A stretch of 64,000 bases of DNA from Candidatus Multivoradales bacterium (GTDB lineage: Bacteria > Acidobacteriota > Thermoanaerobaculia > Multivoradales > Multivoraceae). Below, one piece after another: positions 27,833 through 37,324 of this stretch; position 1 is the stretch's first letter; every line of letters starts with the position of its first letter. Below the pieces are notes generated by a model. It ran no database searches. It was not told where the DNA came from and saw nothing but the letters and a program-made list of their open reading frames with translations. The DNA lies in the NCBI GenBank assembly GCA_965223325.1, contig CBDCWI010000002.1, positions 768,001-832,000 of the forward strand, given 5' to 3'. Both the position numbers and the translations under genes were made by a program.

Positions 27833-30084
27833 CGCTCTCTTGAGGCCGCGACGCCTGCTTCCCCATCGCGACGCGGGGTCTCGAACGCCTTGAGCAGGAA
27901 GGCGTACTGCTCGGCGGTGTCGCGGTAACGCTTGTAGCGGTCAGAGGCGCCACCGTGGCCGGCTTCCATGTCGGTATCGAGTAGCAGAAGGTTCGAGTCG
28001 ACCCGTTCGGCACGTAGCTTCGCCACCCACTTGGCCGGCTCCCAGTACTGCACCTGCGAGTCGTGCAGGCCAGTAGTCACCAGAAGGTGCGGATAGGCCA
28101 GCGGCCCGACGTTGTCGTACGGCGAATACGACTTCATGTAGTGGTAGAACTCCTCGTCGCGCGGGTCGCCCCACTCATCCCATTCGCCGGTGGTCAGCGG
28201 AATCGACGAGTCGAGCATGGTGGTCACCACGTCAACGAACGGCACCGCGGCGACGACTCCCTGGAAGAGCTCGGGACGCATGTTGATGATCGCCCCCATC
28301 AAGAGGCCGCCGGCGCTACCCCCGCGAGCAAACAGACGGTCTTTCGACGTGTACCCGTTGTCGACCAGATAGTCGGCGACATCGATGAAGTCGGTGAAGG
28401 TGTTCTTCTTGGCGAGCTTCTTGCCGTCCTCGTACCAGGCACGACCGAGCTCCTGACCACCGCGAATGTGCGCGATTGCAAACGAGAAGCCACGATCGAG
28501 CAGACTCACGATGCTCGACCGGAACGAGGCATCGGTGCTCGAGCCGTACGAGCCGTAGGCGTAGAGCAGGAGCGGGCGAGTTCCGTCGCGCTCGAAGTCG
28601 CGCGAATAGACGATCGACACCGGCACCCTGGCGCCGTCGCGCGCCTCGACCCACAGGCGATCGGTGGCGTAGGCCCGAGGGTCGTAGCCGATGACTTCGT
28701 CCTGTTTGAGGAGGGTGCGCTCAGAACTCTCGAAGTCGTGGTCGTAGGTGGTCGGAGGCGTCGTCAGCGAGGTGTACCGATAACGCAGAGGTGCATCGGG
28801 TTCGACGTTGGCGGTCAACCAGACGTCGTAGGCCGGCTCATCGAACTCGATCTGATAGTCGACGCTCTGTCGTTCGGGGGTCCTTCCGAGAACCCGTAGA
28901 CCGAGCAGTCCCTCGCGGCGCTCACTCACGACGATGTGTTCATCAAAGAGCTCGACGCCCTCTAAGAACACGTCGTCGCGGCCCGCGATCTCTTCACGCC
29001 AGTGCTTGCGACCCGGAGTCTCCTCGGGTGCCGAGACGAGGCGAAAGTTCTCGGCCCCATCGTTGGTGCGCAGGTACCAACGGTCACCGATGTGGTCGGC
29101 TTCGTATTCGTGCTCACCCGAGCGCTCGAGCAACACTTTCCACTCACCGGTGGGATCGCTGGCATCAAGGTAGCGGTACTCCGAGCGCAGCGTATGGGTC
29201 GACGCGATGATGATGTAGCGCTTCGATTTCGAGCGCCCGAGCCCCATGTAGTAGGTCTCATCGGGCTCTTCGTAGACCAGCACGTCCTCGGACGGATCAG
29301 TCCCCAGGACGTGACGCAAGACCTGGTACGGGCGCAGAGTCTCTGGGTCCTGGCGCGAGTAGAAGAGCGTCTTGCCGTCGCTCGCCCACTCTGAGCTGCC
29401 GGTGGTCTGCTCGATGCGATCCGGAAAGTCCTCGCCGGTTGCGAGATTGCGCACCTCTAGCGTATAGATCCGCCGCCCGACGTCGTCACGCGCCCAGCTG
29501 ATGTACTGCTGATCGGGACTCGGTTGGATGCCGCGGACCGACAAGTAGCCACCCTCGGTGAGCGCATTGGGGTCGATCATCACTTCTTCGGGACCGTCGA
29601 GTGAGCGCTTGCGGCAGTGAATCGGATAGGGCTTTCCGTCCTCGGTTCGCTGGTAGTACCAGTAGTCGCCACGACGAAAGGGAACCGTCACATCGTCTTG
29701 TCTGATGCGCCCTTTGATTTCCTCGTAGAGCTCGTCTTCGAGCGCGTCGGTATCGGCCAGCATCGCTTCGGTGTAACGGTTCTCGGCTTCGAGGTAGGCG
29801 ATGACCTCGGGGTTGTCACGCTCGCGGAGCCAGTACCAGTCGTCGACCCGTACATCGCCGTGCAGCTCCATCGCATGCGCAATGCGCTTGGCGACCGGCT
29901 CGCTCGTCGCCTCGCCAGCCGGCACGACATCGGTCGTCGAGCCGGCGGTGGTGTTGCGGTCACATCCCGACATGGCGATCAGACACCCCAACAGCAGGGC
30001 CGACACCAGGCCCAGCCGACCTGGACTCTCCAGACTCGTCTTCCAGCGACGATGGGAGACGACAGCTCGATCACGGTTCGACAT
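27829..30084 (-). CDS. ptrB: Oligopeptidase B (S9A), lipoprotein
   Basis: Lipobox MSGC; DDWYWLR, YGSYG, GGSAGG, VPFVDV, EWDEWG, DSQVQYWEPAKW, AGHGG. Confidence 0.95.
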   Translation of the reverse strand: MSNRDRAVVSHRRWKTSLESPGRLGLVSALLLGCLIAMSGCDRNTTAGSTTDVVPAGEATSEPVAKRIAHAMELHGDVRVDDWYWLRERDNPEVIAYLEAENRYTEAMLADTDALEDELYEEIKGRIRQDDVTVPFRRGDYWYYQRTEDGKPYPIHCRKRSLDGPEEVMIDPNALTEGGYLSVRGIQPSPDQQYISWARDDVGRRIYTLEVRNLATGEDFPDRIEQTTGSSEWASDGKTLFYSRQDPETLRPYQVLRHVLGTDPSEDVLVYEEPDETYYMGLGRSKSKRYIIIASTHTLRSEYRYLDASDPTGEWKVLLERSGEHEYEADHIGDRWYLRTNDGAENFRLVSAPEETPGRKHWREEIAGRDDVFLEGVELFDEHIVVSERREGLLGLRVLGRTPERQSVDYQIEFDEPAYDVWLTANVEPDAPLRYRYTSLTTPPTTYDHDFESSERTLLKQDEVIGYDPRAYATDRLWVEARDGARVPVSIVYSRDFERDGTRPLLLYAYGSYGSSTDASFRSSIVSLLDRGFSFAIAHIRGGQELGRAWYEDGKKLAKKNTFTDFIDVADYLVDNGYTSKDRLFARGGSAGGLLMGAIINMRPELFQGVVAAVPFVDVVTTMLDSSIPLTTGEWDEWGDPRDEEFYHYMKSYSPYDNVGPLAYPHLLVTTGLHDSQVQYWEPAKWVAKLRAERVDSNLLLLDTDMEAGHGGASDRYKRYRDTAEQYAFLLKAFETPRRDGEAGVAASRER

Positions 30085-30259
30085 CGGAGACCTCTACTTT
30101 CATCACAAGACTGGCCACCGGCTGGGGTGCCGGTGCTTTCTTTCTCAGGCAACTGAATCCCTCACGGCAGACTGGGCTGAATCGAGAAGGTGGGGAGCCC
30201 TATCGTAGCGAGACCAGAGGCTCCTGTCGCCTCACCCGAGGTCCCGGCGTCAGCCGGTC

Positions 30260-31276
30260 TCAGGGATCGAGCGTGATCTCTGCCAACTCGAGAAGTCCGT
30301 GCTGGATGACGTAGTCACGCAGCCCGGTGACCTTGCCGTCGACGATCTCGACTCGTATTGCCCACGCAATTGTTTCTTCCGGCTCACCATCTCGCTGGCG
30401 CAGGCAAACCAAGGCGAGTTCCCCATCGACCTGGGCGACGTGTAGTCGCCAACTGCCCTCGAGCTCGGTGTAGTTGACGGTGTAGCGCTCGAAGATGAGC
30501 TCGGAGGTCCCCTCTTCGAGTACTCCGACGACGTCGAGGCGGACATCCTCTGCCAGCAGTTCGGCAAGCTCCGTCCAGTTCCTGGCGTTGAAACACTCCG
30601 CATAGCGCCCGAGCAGCTCGACATCGGCTGCGGTGAGTTCACGGCTCTCTCTAGGACTCTCACTCGCCGACGAGATCCGGCGTAGACGCGCGCGCGCACG
30701 ATGCAACGCCGACTTGACCGCGCCCACCGAGCAACCGAGGATCTCGGCGCTTTCCGCGAGCGTATGGTCGAGCACGTCTTTGAGTAGAAAAACCGCCCGC
30801 TGGCGGGCCGGCAGTTCGAGCACCAGAACCTCGAGCGCGCGCCCTGCCTGTTGGTCGAGAATCACCGACTCTTCAGCGTCGGCCTCGCGTTCGCTCTCAG
30901 ACGGCGACCTCTCGCGAGGGACCTCTTCTCCACTCTCGAAGCGCCGGCGCCGCAGAATGTCGATGCAGCGATTGTGGGCGATCCGAAACAGAAGCGGCGC
31001 CAGCGGTCGCGACGAGTCGACGGTGTCGAGACGAAAGAACGTCGTGGCCAGCGTGTCCTGGACGACATCTTCACCATCGAGGACCGAACCCAGCATGCGA
31101 CTGCAGTAGCGATGCAGCTGCGGCCTTACGGCCTGAGCCTCGCTCAGGAAACGCCCCTGCGGACTCTCAGGGTCGCGGTAGAGAAGCTCAGGGACCTGGT
31201 TTTCTTCGCCTCTCAGATCGGGCGCTGCTTTGGGCTGGTTCATGGGTTGGTGCTCCAACGTTTCGGTGGTGTTCAT
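30260..31276 (-). CDS. ECF sigma factor with C-terminal SnoaL-like domain
   Basis: LHRYCSRMLGS..DGEDVVQD, RIAHNRCID, LPARQRAVFLL, AVKSALHRAR, then RYAECFN...LAEDV. Start uncertain (31276 or 31243). Confidence 0.9.
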   Translation of the reverse strand: MNTTETLEHQPMNQPKAAPDLRGEENQVPELLYRDPESPQGRFLSEAQAVRPQLHRYCSRMLGSVLDGEDVVQDTLATTFFRLDTVDSSRPLAPLLFRIAHNRCIDILRRRRFESGEEVPRERSPSESEREADAEESVILDQQAGRALEVLVLELPARQRAVFLLKDVLDHTLAESAEILGCSVGAVKSALHRARARLRRISSASESPRESRELTAADVELLGRYAECFNARNWTELAELLAEDVRLDVVGVLEEGTSELIFERYTVNYTELEGSWRLHVAQVDGELALVCLRQRDGEPEETIAWAIRVEIVDGKVTGLRDYVIQHGLLELAEITLDP

Positions 31277-31594
31277 GCGGAGTCTGTGGGCCGACGAAGC
31301 GGCCACAGCAGGGCTTATACGCCTGACTACGAACCAAGGGTGTCCCGGGATACGGCACCGACCCTCTTTTCTGGAGTTCGGGAGGTAAAGCGCCGGGTCC
31401 CGCGGTCTCGCGGTCTCGGTTTCGACAACCCGTGTCGAAGCATCGAAGGAAAGCCGCGAGGCGTCACATTTCCGTCCCCGACACGAATCCTCCGACGACA
31501 TCCAGCCGTGAGCTCTACGGTAACCCCGGCAGTAACCCCGGCTGGGTCTTATGACCCTCACTCGAAACAAACAGGTCTAAGGAGGAAAAGAACC

Positions 31595-32263
31595 ATGCAG
31601 CAGCCCGCCAACCACCACGCTCCACCCGTCTCTCCCCGAAGAGCAACCGCCACCCTCTTCCTCTGCCTCGTCGCGATGACCTTCGCGGCCACGAGCCCGG
31701 CGGCCGCAGTCGATGCCACCGCCACCTTGTCCACCGCAGAGCGCGCAGAGCTCATCGAGCTGCTCCAGAGGTCGCAGGCCGAAACTCTCGAGATGCTCGC
31801 CGAGGTCGATAACGATCAGTGGTTCCAACGCCCTCAGGAGGATCGCTGGTCAGTGGCTGAGATTGTCGAGCACCTGGTGCTTGCCGAGGGCGCGGTGCGC
31901 GGCAACGTCACCGCACTCCTCCAGGGCGAGCCGGATCCCGACTGGCAAACTCGCAAAACGCCGAGCCTCGCCGAGATGGTTCGCCTGGGGTCCGATCGGA
32001 GCCAGAAGTTCACCGCCCCCGAACCCATTCAGCCCACCGGCAAACTCGGTCGCGAGGAAGCCATCATGGCGCTGCTCGAGGTGCGCGCGGAGAGCGTACG
32101 CTACGTCCTCTCGACCGACGCTCCCCTGGCGGCCCACTCCGCCCCTTCCCCGATCGGGCAGGTTCTCGACGGTCGCGGCTGGCTCGCCCTGCTTGGTGCC
32201 CACAACGTACGCCACAATCGACAGCTCGCCGAAGTCATCGAAATCCTGGCGGCGAACGACTGA
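31595..32263 (+). CDS. DinB-family protein with signal peptide
   Basis: RBS AAGGAGG; signal peptide ending PAAA; WSVAEIVEHL and AHNVRH His triad. Confidence 0.85.
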   Translation: MQQPANHHAPPVSPRRATATLFLCLVAMTFAATSPAAAVDATATLSTAERAELIELLQRSQAETLEMLAEVDNDQWFQRPQEDRWSVAEIVEHLVLAEGAVRGNVTALLQGEPDPDWQTRKTPSLAEMVRLGSDRSQKFTAPEPIQPTGKLGREEAIMALLEVRAESVRYVLSTDAPLAAHSAPSPIGQVLDGRGWLALLGAHNVRHNRQLAEVIEILAAND

Positions 32264-32306
32264 AGTCGCATCGCTCCCGAGACCCCCGCCGGGCGGCCGC
32301 ACCTTC

Positions 32307-33236
32307 TTAGGGAGCGGGGGTCTCGAGCGTCCTCGCTAGTTCGACTTCGGCGGCAATGAAACCGAACGCCGGCCACCACGGCACCGCCACGATGCGTTCG
32401 AAGACTTCCCGCGCCCTCTCTGTTTCGCCAGCCAGCTGGAACCAGAGTCCTGCGCCATAGCCCGCCGTCGCCAGGTCGAGATCACCGGTCGCCTCCTCGA
32501 CGACTTCTTCGGCGGTCACCTTCCCTTGAAAGACCTGAAGGAGCCGGTGGTACCAGACGTTTTGCAGGACATTCATGTCGGCACTGAAGGAAGCGAGCAG
32601 TCGCGAAGCCGCTTCTTCCTGGCCGTCGCGGCGCAGTGACAGGAAGAGCCAGTAGCCGGCCGCGACCCGCGAATCGTCATCGTCTGCAAGTCTGTAGCTC
32701 TCTTGATAGGCGTTACCGGCTCCCTCGAAGTCTCCCTGGAGGTAACGCGCCAGGCCCAGGTGGTACCAGATGTCGAAGTCGGAGGCGTCGAGGCTGGCGG
32801 CCCGCTCGAGGTCGGTTTCCGCCGTCTCGAACTGACGGAGCGAGATGCGCCGGTGGCCGCGATGACGATAGAGCGGCGCGTAGGCGGGGTACTTCTCGAT
32901 TCCGGTATCGAGGTAGCGCAACGCATCGAGGTAGCGCCAGCGCGCAGCGGCGGCGACGGCAAGGCCCACCGCACTCTCGGGGTCGTCAGGATTCTGCTCA
33001 GCGAACTCCACCGCCTGATTGATCGGATCGAGACCAGGGTCCGAAATGTCGAGACCGGGAGGGTGAAGCAAAGCGTGCAGTGGCTTGCCGAGCAGCGATG
33101 TCGCCTGCTTCGGCCCCCGGCCGTCGCCGAGGCCGAACACCGGCAGAGCCACGATCATGAGAGCACCCACTGCCGCGACAACGACAGCGGCAGCTGCACG
33201 ATCCAGGGCGGGGGCTCGACGGACTAAACGACGCAT
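32307..33236 (-). CDS. Tetratricopeptide repeat protein, exported
   Basis: Hydrophobic N-terminus; LYRHRGHRRISLR, IWYHLGLARYL, GYGAGLW, WPAFGFIAAE. Confidence 0.85.
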   Translation of the reverse strand: MRRLVRRAPALDRAAAAVVVAAVGALMIVALPVFGLGDGRGPKQATSLLGKPLHALLHPPGLDISDPGLDPINQAVEFAEQNPDDPESAVGLAVAAAARWRYLDALRYLDTGIEKYPAYAPLYRHRGHRRISLRQFETAETDLERAASLDASDFDIWYHLGLARYLQGDFEGAGNAYQESYRLADDDDSRVAAGYWLFLSLRRDGQEEAASRLLASFSADMNVLQNVWYHRLLQVFQGKVTAEEVVEEATGDLDLATAGYGAGLWFQLAGETERAREVFERIVAVPWWPAFGFIAAEVELARTLETPAP

Positions 33237-33355
33237 GATGGGCACTCCTGGCGTGACGGGAAGCGGATGAGTCTCGGGGAAAGTCTGCAACCGACCCAGC
33301 AGGCAACGAAAGGATCGGTCCGGCGGAGGGGGTAGCACAGAGAACAGCAGCCACT

Positions 33356-35404
33356 ATGATGCACGATCTAATGATCTGCCGCACCAAGACTCCGCAGAGG
33401 CGGCTCGAATTCTCTCTCGAAAAGCTCCTGAAGCCTCTCGCCCCATACCGACTTCGCCGCACCGGGTGCTTGGCCCTGGCGGTCGTCACAGCGACCCTTT
33501 CCCCAATGAGCCACAGCACAGCGCAGCCGTCTTCCCCCTTCGAGGAGCCGCTCTCCTACGTGGTGGACCTGACCGCCGCTCATACGCAGGAAATCGAAAT
33601 CTCGCTGACCGTGCCCGGTGTCGAAGGAAACGACACCCTCGAGCTGGCGATGCCGGTCTGGCGACCGGGCCGCTACGTCGTCCTCGACCCGGCGGGTTCG
33701 GTCCGCGCCTTCACCGCGCAAGGACCCGACGGTCGCCCGCTGCGGGTTGAGAAGATCGACAAGTCGACCTGGCGGGTGACCACCGACGGCGCCCAGAGCG
33801 TCACCGCGAGATACCGCCTCTACGCCAACTCGCTCGGTGATCGCACCCGGCATGCCGACGGCAGCCACGCATTTCTGTCAGGAGCGACGGTTTTCGTCTA
33901 CCCGAAGGGGCAGCGCAACCGCCCTCTGACCGTACGCATCGAGGCAGCCAGCGACTGGCAGATCTCGAGCGGGCTCGAAACGTCTCCTTTCGACCCACGG
34001 ACGCTGGTCGCTCCCACCTATGACGTGCTCGCCGACTCGCCGATCGAAGTCGGCGAGCAGGAACGCCTCGACTTTGAAGTAGGGGGCGTCCCCCACGACA
34101 TCGTCATCTGGCCCACCGGCCGGCTCTACGACGGCGAACGCCTCGCGCGTGACTGGCAGAAGATCGTCGCCTACCAGGCCGACCTGTTCGGTGACATGCC
34201 CTACCAACGCTACGTCTTCCTAACCCACGTCGGCGCCGGCGCCGGCGGTGGCACCGAACACCTCAACTCGACCATCATGCAGGTCGGCCGCGAGGTCATG
34301 GAGGCCAGCCTCGACGACGGTGTGTCAGAGGACTATCAACGCCTGCTCGGCCTCGTCTCGCACGAGATGTTCCACACCTGGAACGTCAAACAGCTCCGCC
34401 CGTCTGAGATGGCGCCCTACGACTGGCAGCAGGAGAACTACTCGACGCTCTTCTGGGTCGCCGAGGGCACCACCAGCTACTACGACGACGTAACTCTCGT
34501 GCGCACCGAGCTGATCGACCTCGAGAAGTACTTCGAAGTCATCGGCGACACGATTGATGGCCTACGCAAGCGCCCTGGTGCGCGCGTGCAGAGCCTGGCC
34601 GACTCGTCCTATGACGCCTGGGTGAAGTTCAACCGTCGTACCCCCAACGACATCAACACCACGGTCTCCTTCTACCGCAAAGGCGCCATGGTGAGCTTGT
34701 TGATCGACCTCGAACTACGCCGTCTGTCAGACGATGCGAAGAGTCTCGACGACGTCATGCGAGCTCTCTATCGGGGCTTCCCGCTCGCCGACGGCGGCTT
34801 CAGCGAGTCCGACCTGATTGCCGCCCTCGAGAAGACAGCCACCTCGGAGTGGCAAGACTTCTTCGCGCGCTACGTCCACGGCACCGAAGAACTTCCGCTC
34901 GAAGAGGCGCTAGAACGCGTGGGGCTCGAGCTGGCCCTGACTGCCGACGAGCCGCCCACGAGAGACGGTGATCCCGGCAACGCCAAAACTGCGCAAGGCA
35001 CGGACTCTGGAGAAACCACCTCTCAGGGAGCCCTTCCCGAGCGCGCGCGCCTCGGCGCCCGCCTTCGGGACTCCAACGGCAAGACGACGGTCACCGCAGT
35101 GCTCTCCGATGGCCCCGCATTTGCAGCCGGCCTGCATGCCGGCGACGAGATCATCGCCCTCTCCGGCCAGCGATTGACTGCCAGCACCCTAGACGATCGC
35201 TTGGAGCGTTTCGCACCCGGCGACCAGGTAACGATTCACTTTCTTCGTCACGACGACCTTCACACCGTTGAGCTCGAGCTCGGTGCTGAACCGGCGGGTA
35301 GCTGGACGGTGAAACCGCTAGACGAGCCGAGCGCCGCCCAGAAGCGATCCTTCGAGGCCTGGCTCGAACAGCCCTGGCCAGCCGACCAGGAGGCCAGCGA
35401 GTAG
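33356..35404 (+). CDS. M61 glycyl aminopeptidase with PDZ domain
   Basis: MPVWRPGRY, DSPIE, GGGTEH, HEMFHTWN, EGTTSYY, YRKG; C-terminal PDZ (GPAFAAGLHAGDEI). The real start may be downstream. Confidence 0.93.
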   Translation: MMHDLMICRTKTPQRRLEFSLEKLLKPLAPYRLRRTGCLALAVVTATLSPMSHSTAQPSSPFEEPLSYVVDLTAAHTQEIEISLTVPGVEGNDTLELAMPVWRPGRYVVLDPAGSVRAFTAQGPDGRPLRVEKIDKSTWRVTTDGAQSVTARYRLYANSLGDRTRHADGSHAFLSGATVFVYPKGQRNRPLTVRIEAASDWQISSGLETSPFDPRTLVAPTYDVLADSPIEVGEQERLDFEVGGVPHDIVIWPTGRLYDGERLARDWQKIVAYQADLFGDMPYQRYVFLTHVGAGAGGGTEHLNSTIMQVGREVMEASLDDGVSEDYQRLLGLVSHEMFHTWNVKQLRPSEMAPYDWQQENYSTLFWVAEGTTSYYDDVTLVRTELIDLEKYFEVIGDTIDGLRKRPGARVQSLADSSYDAWVKFNRRTPNDINTTVSFYRKGAMVSLLIDLELRRLSDDAKSLDDVMRALYRGFPLADGGFSESDLIAALEKTATSEWQDFFARYVHGTEELPLEEALERVGLELALTADEPPTRDGDPGNAKTAQGTDSGETTSQGALPERARLGARLRDSNGKTTVTAVLSDGPAFAAGLHAGDEIIALSGQRLTASTLDDRLERFAPGDQVTIHFLRHDDLHTVELELGAEPAGSWTVKPLDEPSAAQKRSFEAWLEQPWPADQEASE

Positions 35405-35431
35405 CTGGCAGGCTCGCGCGCCGGCAGGACC

Positions 35432-36907
35432 CTAGGCGCGCGGCCGCGCGAAGTACAAAACGCGCCCGCCCGACTCCTGGGCCTGTTCGCGGACAATGTC
35501 GAAGCGGCGACGCAAGCAGCGCTCGAAGAAGTCCTGCTCGTAGTCGGCGAAGTGATCGTCTCGGTTGATCAGCAACCGCTTGACCATCGAGTCGGAGCGC
35601 GTCGGGAACTCGATGACCACCGCAGCGCCGTAGGACGCCAGCCAATCAATGAACTCGACCATCGGCACATTGCGCCCGATGACGATGTGGTGTACCAGGG
35701 CAAGCGCCAGAATCAGGTCAGGCGATTCGCGCTCGAGCAGCGCGCTTCGCTCACGTCCCCGCCAACCGCGGGCAGGCGATGGATCGACCAGATCGTTGAC
35801 CAGCGGCAGGATCTTCGCCGCTTCGCCCTCGCCCTCGCCGCCGGCCTGGCCCCTCAGCACGTTGTAGAGCCGATCGATGGCCAGCGGGTCGATGTCCATC
35901 GCCACAGCCCGCTCGGCATGGCGCGCCGCGATGCGGGTGAAGCGGCCGGTGTTCGCCCCCAGATCCCAGACCACGGGCCAGCGCTGGCTTCTGGCAGCGT
36001 CTTCGACAAACTGCTCCTTAGCGCGATGATCGGCGCTCGAGTAGTTGTGACCGCTGCCGTCGGCGGCGTCGTAGTCGCCCCACTCGGTGCCGGCAGACTT
36101 CCACTCCAACGCCGCGATGAGCTTTCTCAGTCCGCGCGCGTTGTTGACGATCAGGTCGCGCGAGAAACCCAGCTCACGCGCCTCGCGGCGCACCGCCTGC
36201 GGTTTTGAAGCGGTCATCGAAGTGAGCTTCGCCTGGAGGTAGACGTGAGTGAACACCCCCTTCTTCAAACGCTCTAAACCGCCAAACAGCGCACTCATCT
36301 CGGCCGGCGGAATGCCGTCGAGGGACGCGCGCAGCCAGGGTTGGAAGGGAATGTCTTTGTATGCCGTGAGCATCAACGGATAGAGGTACTGCTGGCAAAA
36401 CTGTTGGTAGCCCACCCAAGGCTCGCCCGCCTCGAGCCGCGCGAAGGACGGCAGGTCAATGAACACCGGACGAGTGCCGATCCACTGAATGTTGTAGGCC
36501 GAGGAGTCCTTGAGTACGAAACCTTCGCCGAGTGCCCCCGTCAACAAGTCGAGCTGCAGGAGAGCCGCATCGCGCAGCATGCTGAACGACCATTCGTTGG
36601 GATAGGAAACCAACGGCACCCGCTGGTGCTCGAGGATTCCCGCCCACTCGAGGGCCTCGTATTCATCGCGCGGAGCGAAGTCTTGCCCCACCTCGTCGGT
36701 CACTTCGCGGGTCTCGACCACCTGGCCATCGGCCATCGCTTGCTTGATGAAGTCGGTTTGTGTGAGCGCCCGCCATTCGGCGAGGGCCCTGGCGCTCAAC
36801 GCCCGATAGACACCACCGTCGCGATAGAAGACGCGCGCTTCGCGGTCCCTCCAGGAAGCGGCCTCGGCTTCGAGACCGGCCGAGGAGTCAGCCAGGGCTT
36901 TCGTCAT
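35432..36907 (-). CDS. NoeA-like protein: N-terminal kinase-like region plus class I SAM methyltransferase
   Basis: SWRD, SYPNEWSFSML, LKDSSAYNIQ...FID; SAM motif DLGANTG, LALALVHH, IEF. Confidence 0.85.
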   Translation of the reverse strand: MTKALADSSAGLEAEAASWRDREARVFYRDGGVYRALSARALAEWRALTQTDFIKQAMADGQVVETREVTDEVGQDFAPRDEYEALEWAGILEHQRVPLVSYPNEWSFSMLRDAALLQLDLLTGALGEGFVLKDSSAYNIQWIGTRPVFIDLPSFARLEAGEPWVGYQQFCQQYLYPLMLTAYKDIPFQPWLRASLDGIPPAEMSALFGGLERLKKGVFTHVYLQAKLTSMTASKPQAVRREARELGFSRDLIVNNARGLRKLIAALEWKSAGTEWGDYDAADGSGHNYSSADHRAKEQFVEDAARSQRWPVVWDLGANTGRFTRIAARHAERAVAMDIDPLAIDRLYNVLRGQAGGEGEGEAAKILPLVNDLVDPSPARGWRGRERSALLERESPDLILALALVHHIVIGRNVPMVEFIDWLASYGAAVVIEFPTRSDSMVKRLLINRDDHFADYEQDFFERCLRRRFDIVREQAQESGGRVLYFARPRA

Positions 36908-37154
36908 CCTTGGCCTCGGACGAACCGAAAAAGCCGGTCAGGCGACGCCAGTAGAGCTTCATCAACATCACCGCGCCCGCGACCCCACCAACGATCATCT
37001 GCAAGAGGATGCTGCCGGTGGCCGGATCGAGATAAAGCGCCTGGGCCGTAGCGGGCGCTCCTAGCGAGAAGACCAGGAGGGCCAACAGGATCCAAGAGCG
37101 GCGGGCTGACGATGACCTGATGGACGTCGTCGGGGAGAAGAGGCGTTGCTTCAT
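36888..37154 (-). CDS. Small membrane protein with YLDPxTGS motif
   Basis: Signal-like segment ending ATAQA, then LYLDPATGSILLQMIVGGVAG...KLYWRRL; overlaps the NoeA-like gene start by 20 nt. Start approximate. Confidence 0.75.
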   Translation of the reverse strand: MKQRLFSPTTSIRSSSARRSWILLALLVFSLGAPATAQALYLDPATGSILLQMIVGGVAGAVMLMKLYWRRLTGFFGSSEAKDDESPG

Positions 37155-37324
37155 CGAATCATGCGCGCGGCAACGCCGCGCCTCCTGGCAGCTGACCGGG
37201 CGAGCGCCCCGGCAGGGAGTGAGAAGAGTCGACACAGACTATCAAGGGAACCGCCCATCGAGGGACCCAGCGGCGGCCGGAGCGAGCACAACTGGCCCAG
37301 TCATGATCGATGTAGGCTGGCGAC

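Noticed and set aside
31462-31490. ECF41-type promoter (TGTCACA-N16-CGTC)
   Set aside because: Only GTCACA matches; there is no CGTC at the expected spacing.
30851-31594. Long N-terminal extensions of the DinB and ECF ORFs overlapping each other
   Set aside because: Antisense read-through in GC-rich DNA; an RBS supports the DinB start at 31595.
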